DNA of 64,000 bases from Selaginella moellendorffii (taxonomy: Eukaryota > Plantae > Lycopodiophyta). The notes under the pieces are model-generated. The model made no database searches, had not been told where the DNA came from, and worked only from the letters and a program-made list of their open reading frames with translations. Below are positions 48,944 through 59,649 of this stretch, in pieces. A program made the position numbers and the translations under genes. The stretch's first letter is position 1. Each line of letters begins with the position of its first letter. Location of the stretch: NCBI RefSeq assembly GCF_000143415.4, contig NW_003314275.1, positions 372,001-436,000 of the forward strand, read 5' to 3'.

Positions 48944-51766
48944 TTAATGAATCTCACCTTGAACCCGGGTTATGAATGCTCTTGTTGCATCTCTTGCATG
49001 GTCTGGCAAGGTGATGGTGGCACTCTGCTTCCGCATCCAACCATGCACAACATTATCCACTGATATGCTCATGCTGGGATCCCTTGGATTCAGCACCCAT
49101 CTCTTTTCTAGGCAATCCTTCGTATATCCGGAACTTGGCTTGAACCACTCCACAGTTACATTGAAGGAGTTAGTTTCCGCGTCCTCCTCTGCATCAGTGA
49201 TGCAGCGCCCCACCCATATCATTTGTTTTTTATTACTGGGTCTGACAAGCACGACCATTCCTTTGCAGACCTGTACTGGATTGAATGCTGAATCCGGCTT
49301 CTTGTTCCTCGGCCCACAATAGTGATCCTCAACATCGTTATCTGTCACTGCATTTCCAAAGGACATTGTTCCGCTACTATCTGGTGCTCTGGGTTCTGGC
49401 CAAAAGGACTCTTCCAATTCTTCATATACAACCGGCCCATTTTGGATAGCAAATATAATCTTCTCCCAGTATTCGATCAAAGGCTTGCACCTCTGAAAAT
49501 AGGATTCTCCACCAAACACCAACCCCCTCTTCCAGAAGGCAATATGCTGTCTAATCCCGGCCACTATACTTTCCTGGTCTTTGAGTCCATCCGGGTGCAT
49601 CGGCCGTGGGGAACCCTGAGGAATCATAGGTTCCCCAGTTATGGGATCTCTTTTGAAGAGTTCAATGCTGTCCACTGGCAGCCACACTGTGTCCCATTCT
49701 CTCATCTTGTACCTCATCACTGGAGCACCATCACGCATGCTGAAATGAAACTGAAGAGGCTTGGAGTGGCCAATCAACATTTCGGATCCGTCCCTGATGT
49801 AGCCTCTTACAAACCCGTAAAGTCTGGAACCTCTGTCACAAGTGCAGCTTCAACAGTGCCTTTGATGCAATTTTGGAATTTATCATAGAGTTGTGGGAGG
49901 GTGAGGACATTGGATCGTCGGAGGGACTCTGCCAGGTGACTGAACATGGCATCGACGTCTTCATGAGTGTGCCCAACCATGAGAAAGCCAAGTGTAACCG
50001 TTTCAAATATGCCTTTGGCAACAAGCATCGCCAAGTACGCGAAGACGTACATGTTTTTGTTCTCACTGCCAGCATTGTCTGTTTGGAGCAGAAGATGGGG
50101 TGGAAGGCCACATCGGCCGCAAGAACTTCCTTGAGATTCTACTTCGTTTGGATGAGGCTGTGCACTCACTGGGCGACCAGCCTCGTCGGAATGGCATGAG
50201 GCCTCACGTGATAACCCTACAATCTGACGGCCAACATATTCACTGGGATGGCATGGGGCCCCACGCGATACTGCAAGCCTTTGCTCCTCCTCCAGCTGAA
50301 CCCTGTATGGGGTTCGATCGACAAGGGCCTTATGCAAGGGTTGGCCGTTCAGCTCAGTCTGCGCACTTTGCAGAGACCTTAAGTGTTGCTAGGGACGCAA
50401 TCATCATGTTTGCACCCCCGCCACCCCATAAAGGTACAAAGAAGTTCCCATAGTTCTGGGCACCATGCCCATGAGCGATTATGCCAAACAGAGACACAGG
50501 CAGCTGCATGGATGAAGAGATTGCCTTGGGGGCAGGATTGAGTCGAGGTAAGCACGTCTTTTTCTGGTCCATTTTGTCATGGATGATGCAGAGGTAAGAG
50601 TCAGGTCTCTCCATGGAGAGAATCCTGTTATGATAATATGCAGTCCTGCAGCTTCTCTGCTCGATGTTGTGGTCGAGCCGCCTTCTAACCAACGTCTCTC
50701 GCTCTTGAGCGATGCAAGAATTCTTCGACAAAGCCATTTTGATAGCAGTGCACTCGTCACACTTTGAAAAGCTGGAGTACTTTCCTATACTCACATCCCT
50801 GAACCTGTTACTCCACAATCTACTAAATCTAGATTGGCTCAGCTTCCTGTAGCCATTACTCTGGAGTTCCCGATTCACATCTTCCAATATGGCCCCCTTG
50901 GTATACATGGAAGGGAGAACTCGTTGGGTGTCTTGAGTTCCATCTTCCAAGAGGCGGGTTTTATGTGGTTGCTGCTCGCTACATGTCTCGACAAACCTCT
51001 TGAAGATTGCCTCTCCATATACAACATGACCCCTGGTTTTGTGAGTACCGTCGTTCCCATGGACTGCCTGTTGAACCCTTTGTTCCTCGAACTCAGTTTT
51101 GATTCTGTAGAATGTGGTTCGAGGGACTCCATAAATGATTCTCCATGCCTTCATGCAGACCAAACGCCTCTGGAAGACCATGCCCCCCACCTGATGTTCT
51201 GAAGCATCAACAGATGACCGTAATGCCTCATACACAGAATTGCGAGCTGCCTTCCAGGACAATGTCTTGTATCTTGCTCTCTCCTCTTCAATAGCATCCC
51301 AATCAGCATGTTGACAGCACCTTCTCTTGCAACAAGCAACTGTCGAGACCATTCGAACCTCCATCGCCATTTTCTGCCTTTTTGGTTCGTTGCTCAGATC
51401 CCTTTGGCTGCGCTTTAGGAAGGTGTACTTTCTTTTCCCATGAAGAGATGTTCTGTCATCAGTTGTAGTGGTGTTTGATTGTGAATCCTTCACATTCTCA
51501 AACACTAAGTGCCTCAATTTCCACCACACAATGCTTCCAATAGTCAGACTGTTTTCTTCTGTGTCAACAACCTCTAAAATCGCAACTCCAATATCATCCC
51601 AGCCCAATTCTTGATTAGCAACCGCATCTCTTGGATCGACAACTGTGGCTAAGCCCTCAGCTACCACCTCCCCCTCGGGGTTGTTTAGAAACACCTTTGC
51701 CTGAATCCATGTAGCACGGTTCTTAAGATCCACGGAGGGAACATGCGTCGCACTTGCGGAGGCCAT
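48944..51766 (-). pseudogene. DDD/E transposase, Sola/DUF7869-like, with an N-terminal Tnp1/En-Spm-like domain; frameshifted
   Basis: FSKCDECT...HNIEQ; CIIHDKMDQKK; LQTDNAGSENKN; FLMVGHTHEDVDAMFS; N-terminal VVAEG...DP...LG...V...IGSIVWW. Breaks in frame near 50350 and 49807. Confidence 0.78.
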
Positions 51767-52263
51767 TCTGAAAGTGCAGAAAAGAAGTTAAGACCATACA
51801 AAAAATGATTGGAGAATGGCCTAAATCATAACATACTAAACAACCTCAATAGCATGAGGCCACATGCCATTATTCAAACATGCTATTGACACCCACGTGA
51901 AATTTCGCATTCACAAAATTGGCATGAGCCCTCATGCCATCTTGATAAACACACAGCTACAGGCAGGTAAAGAAACTATTGGCAATATGCTAGTGATGAA
52001 CTTGCAAGCCCCAAGATGGCATGAGCCCTCATACCATTAGTGGTACTGTAGCGCCGCTCGCACCACCGCAACTGCTCGTAGCGCCGCTCGCACAAACTGC
52101 CACTCGCATAAACTACCGCTCGCAATGCCGCAACCGCTCGTAGACGCATAAACCACAGCTCACAACGCTGCTTACACAAGCAGCGCTCACTGCGCTCAGT
52201 GGAACCAAGAACACGGTGCACAAAAATGATAGACCTAGGAATGAGTTCGAGAATTCAAAAATA

Positions 52264-53601
52264 ACACACGCTTGAACGTCACATCAAATCCTCTGACAAA
52301 CCAGATCTTATGATTCCTCTGACAAATTTCAAACTGAGTAGCTTCTAGACTTTGCTGTCGGACGTTGAACTTTGTCACATCATGTCCTTGCCTCGATCCA
52401 GCTGTGCCATGTCAGTGATTCGAACTTTGCCATGCCATGTCAGCGATCCGCGCCAAGATTATTCGCCATGTAAAGGAATAATTATGCTGTGTGTGTATGT
52501 CCATTTATGGCAATATAAGGCCACACGCCATTCAAAGAATAATGCTAGTCGAGCATTTTTTGGTGCATTTTTGGGTTCAAAATTGCATAAGCCCACACGC
52601 TATAAAGTTTACCTGTACCAAAAATAGAAACAACTTTATTTACTTGGGAATTTAAGTGGTTGAGGCATTTTTAAACTTACAAACACATGCCCTACTTACA
52701 TTCCTTTGGTTGCTTAAAATTCAAAAATATTATAAACCTTTCTTTTTGCATTTTCAATGTTTTCAATTATGGTTTTTGATTTTCGCGGGACCAGCCTAGT
52801 AATCTATTTGCATCCCGTCATGTTTATAGCTAGCTTTTGTTTGTCCCCTTCGCTAGCCTGAGATACATCTGCTCAGCATTTGCCTCTTACAGCATTTGCC
52901 CAGAAAGGGCATCTTTCTTCACGCAGCATTTGCCACATGTTTAGGGTTTAGGGTTTAGCAATTCAGTAGCTTGATAAACATGCAAATACAGAACTTGATG
53001 CAAAATCCTTTGATATGTCACAATGCCCCTAGGACCATAAACACATTTCAATAGAGAGGGTCCTTTCATTTCATAACTCCTTATGTAGATCTTGGTGAAA
53101 CCAGAGTTACTGAAGTTAGTTTCTTGTGATCCCGCATCTGATTGTGATGTCCCTTTGCAGTGTCAATGGAAAGGTCAATGCACACCAAACTGTAAAATCT
53201 TGGGGCAAAATAACGGTCGGATCTATGGCAAATGCCCCTGAAACATTGTAAGGCTCGTGTGGTCTCATGTGGTGTCCGATCGAGATGCTTTTTTGCAGAG
53301 TCATCAAGAAAGACATTGTATACCATTCTGTAAAATCTAGTTGCGATCTAACGGTTGGATCTCCAGAAAACTCAAAAAAATCTCACGCGTGTCAGAATAT
53401 TCTAGGAATATACTCCTATGTGCCCCTTAAAATGGCATGCGGCCCCACGCCATTCAAGAGATAACGCCAGATGACGCCGAGCATTTTTTTGTGCATTTTT
53501 TGGGATCAAAATTGCATGAGCCCACACGCTTGAACGTCACATCAAATCCTCTGACAAACCAGATCTTATAATTCCTCTGACAAATTTCAAACTGAGTAGC
53601 T
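52264..53601. repeat. Direct repeats in the divergent promoter of element 2: ~78 bp (52264-52342 / 53524-53601) and ~85 bp (52520-52600 / 53441-53530)
   Basis: ACACGCTTGAACGTCACATCAAATCCTCTGACAAACCAGATCTTAT...CAAACTGAGTAGCT occurs twice; the second repeat joins two palindrome copies. Confidence 0.85.
52940..52958 (+). promoter_or_regulatory. Short telomere-type repeat / telo-box, (TTTAGGG)2TTTAG
   Basis: Read directly from the sequence. Confidence 0.6.
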
Positions 53602-54264
53602 GAACATCTGGCATTTTTGGAAATACAAGATGCTTTGGAATATCCAATCATGCATGGTATAAATATAGCGAGGGTATTAAATGATATTCCAATCATAATC
53701 TTTCTTTTGGATTTCGCGTGCATGCAGTCCGAGGAATGATGACGTTGCGGATTTCTTTTGGATTTCACGTGCATGCATGCGCGCGGCGATCCAAAAATTA
53801 ATGGTGGCGCCCAAGTCCGAGGAATGATGACGTGGCGGGATTACCAACCGTCGTGACATTTCGCGCGTGTGAGGTTAGGTTTTGCATTTTGCTTCGTACT
53901 CGCGCTCGCATCGCGCTCCCACTCGCGATCATGCTCTCATTCGCGCTCATCTACCTTCTCTACAGGTTTCTCGTGTGCATCGGCGTCCACTCGCGCTTGC
54001 ATCACACTCGCGCTCGCATCGCGCTTGCATCGTACTCGTGTGCATCGGCGTCCACTTCAAGACACACCCAGTTTGTAACTTCGCCGCCAACTCCGCCGCC
54101 CACTCCGCCACCCACACGCAGCCCACTTGGCGTCCCGGGAGATTTCAGCGCCACTCTCCAACTGTAAGTGGCAGAGTAGCTTTGCTGCTACGATCCGCTG
54201 CACACACAGTGCACATTCGCCAGCGAGTCCAGCCTCGATTGTCACGGCCTCCAATCGGCTTCAA

Positions 54265-57200
54265 ATGGTAAGTCTTTTAGGCCAAGTAGAAAATGGCATG
54301 AGGCCACATGCCATTCAGTAGCAACATTGGCATGCACCGATTGGGCTCTCGAGTGCAGTCCGGTTACAGATGGCGTGTAGCCTCATGCCATCTTAGGATG
54401 CAACCTCAAGACATCTGATGCAGTGGTGAATGGCGTGTGGCCTCACGTTATTTCCAGTTGCTAGCTTTTCATTTGTCAGCTCTAATTGTTGTGCATTTCT
54501 GAACAGGCGAGGAATTGCGTTCTTCTTCCAGCTACTGTCAATGTGGATGCAGAGAAGGGGGAGGAGCTCACCAGTTGGACTTTCAGGATGGAAGGCGAGG
54601 ATCTGAGGCTGTACAACACAGATGGTGGGAGAAAAGAATGCATGGGGATCCTCATCCAAGTGACAGACACTCCATGTAGTTCCATGCAAGAATATGGACT
54701 GGCACTTGTGGTAGAGACAGCGTCCGCCTTCAAGATCCACCTTGCACATCCTAGCGGCTTCCCGGAGGGGGGCAGCGGCTATGAGGAATTCCTAGAGGGA
54801 GCTAGGGAGAGGTTGTCCAGGAGGCCTACAATTTCAAAGACGCTGCGGGTCTATGAAGATCACATGGAATCCACGGACCTCACCTACGGCGATGTTCAAA
54901 AACTATATTCCAACATTGAGCCGTTGAGAGTGCCTCCAGTTCACGAAGCGAAGGGGAAGGGGGTCGATCTGGAAACTACCCCGAAGCAAAAAAGGGTGGT
55001 CAAGCTCAAGCCGACGTCCGACTCTCCTGGTCCAAAAAAGAAGCTACTCGGTGATGCCATTGCCTCGGGTTCGAATACTACACCCACCAAAAAGAAGAGC
55101 CGCAAAGAGCAGAAAGAGCAAGAAGAGGCAGCAAAAATCGTCGCAGATAATAGTACTTGTTACTATTCCAACAAAGTATATACAATCGACATGAGCCGTA
55201 TCGACATCCAAAGCAAATACAACCACAGGCTAGTATCTGATGAGTGGGTGGAGAAACTGAAGCAGAAGATGCTGGCAAGTCCAGTAACGCCCGACATCAC
55301 AAACATGATCCCCTACTACCGAACAATGAAGGGCGAGACGAGGTTTCCAGACTTGATCAATAGGAAGGTGTTGGACGATCAGAATATCCGGTTCTATGCC
55401 GTCTCTGGGCAGCATTCTAGCTTGGCGATGGAAGAGATAGTTGTGGATATTATGGTGGGCGAGGAGGTGAAGAAAGTCTTCAAGACAAGAGTTGTCCGCC
55501 TAATAAAAGGCAACTCGCCCCTCCGATCTATCATATCCATCTCCCACGCGCAGAATGTCAAGCAAGAAACGTGCTACAAATCGGGTCTGCACGAGACATT
55601 GGCACGAACACGGAAGCTCTGGGTTCAACTAAAGAAGCCACAAAAACCAGGACAAGGACGTGCACTAGCAACTAGCGCCTGGCAGGTAAGCCTCGTTGCA
55701 TGTGGCATAGCATGTGGCCTCACGCCATTTCCATTGCAGGAATTCTTGAGTCTTCTCTCGAAAACACTGGGGGTCAATGACACACTCAGCATCCATAACA
55801 TTCTACTCGTGACAAAAGTTGTTTTTGACAAATGGGTAGATGTGCTGAGGAGGTACCATGACGGGGAGTTGCTAAACTCAATGGGTGTGGAGGACGGCCG
55901 GAAGCCCAATGATTTGAAGCTCAACGCATTGCGTTTCTCGTCTCTAGACGACGACGACCTTCTGACAGTGGCTAATGCTCTTCTACGTGGTGAGGTAGTC
56001 TTCAACAAGACCAAAATGACTCCCGGCCATATTGTGACATACGAGGACTTGTGCACGACTCTGAGAGCTCGGTTGAAAGGCTCGGTTGAAAGGCAAGGAG
56101 ATGCAGGAGATCCATGGGATAATGGCTAAGAAGAAGATACCGACGAATGTCCGCATCTTCACACTCGCCCTTGTTATTGGTCCTGCAGCAGAGTGGGACT
56201 GGAGTGACTTCCCAGCTTCGTTCGACAAGGCCAATCGAATTGATCTGAGGGAGGTCGTGCCTAAGGAACTGAAGACGGCTATGGAGCTTTCGAATCCAGA
56301 GAAAGCTCCAGGTGCAGCATGGGAAATGCTCAGCTGGGTCTTCAACGCAATAGTGGGTTCCGACTCCAAGGGCAAATGCGTTGTCGAGTACAACTGCGGC
56401 GGACTATTCTTTCGAGCCGCACTACTCAAGGGTGTCCCGTGTGTTGCAGTGACAAACTCCATTGAAGAGGTGACTTCAATGGAGCATATAATTACAGTTG
56501 CCAAAGAAAAACAGTATCTTCTTTGCGAACCTGGTGAGTACGCACTTTAAGTTTAAATGTTATCTCACAAGCTCTGTATGCAGGAGCGTGGCCACCCCCA
56601 GATGCTGAAACGGCGTTAACAGCTACTGTTGAAGATACCCATGTTGGGCCGAGCTCACAACCTGCACAAAGTAAGGTCACGTGAGGCCTCACACCATTTT
56701 GATTATAGATCGTTGTGAATATTCAGACACGAGGACTGAAAAGCGCACTGGTGGCGCGTCGAAGAAGGACAAACAGACAAGCAATAGGAAAAAAGGAGGT
56801 ACAAATTATATTTGCAATGGCGTGTGGTCTCATGCCATTCCTTGCAGGAGACACTTCTTCAAAGGCAAAACAGGCAAGCACCAGCCAAGCTCAAACTGAC
56901 AGTGGTCATAAAAAGCGAAAGCACGTTGGATAGTCGTCGGGATTAGAGGCGTTTGATTCAAAAAGGAAGAAGGGCAACAAAAAGATGATAGGTAATGCCT
57001 CGCGGTCACCACCTCCTGACTCAGATTCCTATGGTGGACTCCCCTTCCCCAATCTCAATGGAGAGGTACAATGGATGAGGGATGCTTTTCAAGTCAGGGC
57101 CACGTTTTTCTCATCTCGTCGTCTTTGAAGGGTGCAAGAACGTGCAGAAACCATGTTAAGACAGTCGGGTGAGGATACGGTCCTAGGTCATGCACTAAAA

Positions 57201-59290
57201 CAGGCTATGGATGTCTTGTATTTTGAGATGGAGACTTGGCCAGATGATTTTCCCAAGATGGTCCTGGAAGAACAAGCCATCCAGCCTGAGCAGCCTATGG
57301 AAGAAATGCAGGAGGGGGATGAGGAGCCAGAGAAAGTTAATGAGCAGGAAGAGCAGAAGGACGAAGAGGAGGACAAAGAAGAGGAGGACGAAGAGGACTT
57401 GGATGGTCCTCACAATGGTGACGATCACAATAACGACGACGACGATGATGACAACGATAGCCAGCCTAAGGTGGCCAAAGAGCAGCGGAGGAAGGTCATA
57501 CAAGACAAACCATCAGGTAAATAATAGTACATCCATTCCTAACCTTTTACCATTTCTAACATTGTCCATGTAGGTCGCAAAGCAAATGGTAAGTAGAGAT
57601 TATTCAGTTGAATTAAGATACAAACTCTAGCCTTTAGTGTCGAGGAAGGATAGTGCCAAGCAAGGGTCGAAACGTATGTCCAATCCTTCAGAATCAGCAG
57701 TGCGCCCAAGTGATATCGGTCCTAGTTCCTCAATAGCAGTTGATGGTAAATACAGTATAGTCGATTCAATGTGCTAATGAGTTTGTTTTTAGTAGCCAGT
57801 AGGGAGGATACCATCTCAATCGAAGGGAGATATTTGGACATGCATATGGATTCGCCAGTGGACTCTACTTGCCTGCAAGAGTCATCAGAGCTGGTGGAGG
57901 CTACTATCCATATCAACGCCAAGCAAGCTGACCACGCTCCACTTGATGCTGCCCATACCACTGAGTCAATCTTGTCCACGTATCCAACTGACGGTGACCA
58001 GGCGCCATTGGACCCGCATGAGGCCGCCCCAGCTGCCGAGCCGGTTGTATCCTCATTTCCAACGGACTAAACGTGTGCCCAATCGTCTGACCAGGCGCCG
58101 TTGGAACCTCCCTACACCGCCCCTGCTGCCTGTTCGGTCATGTCCACTTTGCCAATGGAGGCACCAGCTGAAATGGCGTGTGATCACACGCCATCGGAAC
58201 CACCCCATGCCACTGTTGAGCCAGTTGTACCAGAGTCTACAGCTGAAATGGCATGTGCCCACACGCCATCGGATGCGATTGACCTCATATTGCAGAGGAG
58301 AGTATTTCCGCCCTTCACGTTTCCTCGACCAAAACCCTCTCAACGACAATCAGGAGCACCATTCGCTAATATTGTAGATGGTAAAATTGACTTGTACCAT
58401 TTTTTATGCTGACGCATTTCATTTCAGAGGCACGGCGAAGGTACTGTATCGTTTTTGATCTAAACAGTGTCCTTTTCTCCCATGAGCGTGGCTCGTCCTC
58501 GAATGTCACTGCACCCTCCAAAGCCTACGGTCGCAAGTTGGTCAAAAAAGACAGATTCACATTAATCACATAGGAGAAACTGCGGGATCTAATAATGACC
58601 ATGTGACACTTAAAACAGAGGGCCGGGTTCAATTTGCAATTGGGAGTTTGGACATCCATGATGCGCCACAATGCATTAACGTTGCTACAGATGATGCACG
58701 ATCAGATGCGAGTAATATTACCATTTGACTTTCTCCTAACGCGGGAGGATTGCTTGACTATGGTCCATGTGAGGGGTAGCAAGCCCATCTTTGTCAAGCC
58801 AGAGGCTGTAGTGATGAACCGGACTGCTAGGTCAAGTGAAATCCTCATCATCGATGACTCGCCGATTAAAACTGCAACGAACATGCACACATATGCAGTG
58901 CACCCCATCTTTTGCAGTATGGAAACTAGGGAGAAGAAATCGTATGTTCTGGGGGACCTTGCAAAACGGCTTGGAGCGATGGTGATAGAGAACCGGCCAG
59001 TCCAGGAGGTGGCTGCAGAAATCAACCAAATGGCAGATGGAACGGTATATCAGAAGCCATTTGATCGGACAGACACCAGTCATCATTTATGGTATGTATA
59101 TTGTCTAGCCAAGCACTATCCGCATCTCTATAATCTGCTCAACCGGATGGGTTCTTCGACCACTGAACATGAGCGTGGACGTATTAGAGAAGAGATGGCA
59201 TTACTATTGGGTTTAAATCCTGATAGTGTGGAGAGTGATGAAATTCCAAGATTATTGTATAGGCGTTGGAGGCAAAAAATAACAGTCTGA
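54265..59290 (+). pseudogene. Multi-exon gene: ParB/Srx-like domain, possible inactive MTase-like fold, acidic low-complexity linker, C-terminal FCP1/NIF-like HAD phosphatase
   Basis: ATG|GT intron 54268-54506 gives M-ARNCV; HRLVSDEWVEKLKQKM...FYAVSGQHSSLAM; KCVVEYNCGGLFFRAALLKGVPCVAV; phase-matched splice ANIVD|EARRRYCIVFDLNSVL; LGVWTSMM, KPIFVK, ILIIDDSPIK...N...AVHP. A 13-bp duplication and several stops break the frame. Confidence 0.7.
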
Positions 59291-59649
59291 GATGGCATGT
59301 ATTTATTTAAAAATGTAACTTATTATGGCATGGGGTTCCATGCCATTGTATTAATATTAAAAGACAATTCTTTGAGAGGATTTGCATTATACTAGAAGTG
59401 TTACAGCATGTTATTGGAAGTCAACGAAGTTGTTTTATTAATAAGGGGAAAGTAAAGATTGAATGGGGACTTGGGCTCCACCTAGACTCGGAGCAACTGA
59501 GCCAATATTAAAAGGATGGAAAGAAATTGGACGACGATGACAAGGAGAAGAGAGAGGTGAAGCAGTGGCAGAGGGAGGAGAAGTGATTAAGTAGACATTT
59601 CCTTGTTTAAAATAAAATGGCATGTGCGTCAATGCAGTTGAATTTTGTT

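Larger units (their letters stand above)
47558..59638. repeat. Dispersed 22-bp palindrome ATGGCRTG-N6-CAYGCCAT, ~24 copies
   Basis: Copies start at 47558, 47874, 47963, 48464, 48544, 48704, 48850, 50191, 50248, 51849, 51919, 52016, 52582, 53432, 53511, 54293, 54370, 54430, 55707, 56676, 56817, 58173, 58248 and 59325, plus half-sites (e.g. 59617). Confidence 0.92.
47500..59640. mobile_element. Element 2: ~12-kb DNA transposon with a Sola/DUF7869-like transposase and a divergent ParB-(MTase-like)-FCP1 gene; termini approximate
   Basis: Extent defined by the distribution of the 22-bp palindrome (47558-59638); divergent gene pair; internal direct and inverted repeats. Confidence 0.7.

Noticed and set aside
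26872-59290. Bacterial contamination or a recent plasmid/phage parABS insertion
   Set aside because: The ParB-like genes have spliceosomal introns, sit beside eukaryotic transposases, and one is interrupted by a plant LTR element; no ParA is present.
59409-59597. Solo LTR or SINE (TG...CA ends, A-box-like TGGCTCAGTTG on the - strand)
   Set aside because: No matching TSD, no clear B box and no second copy in the window.
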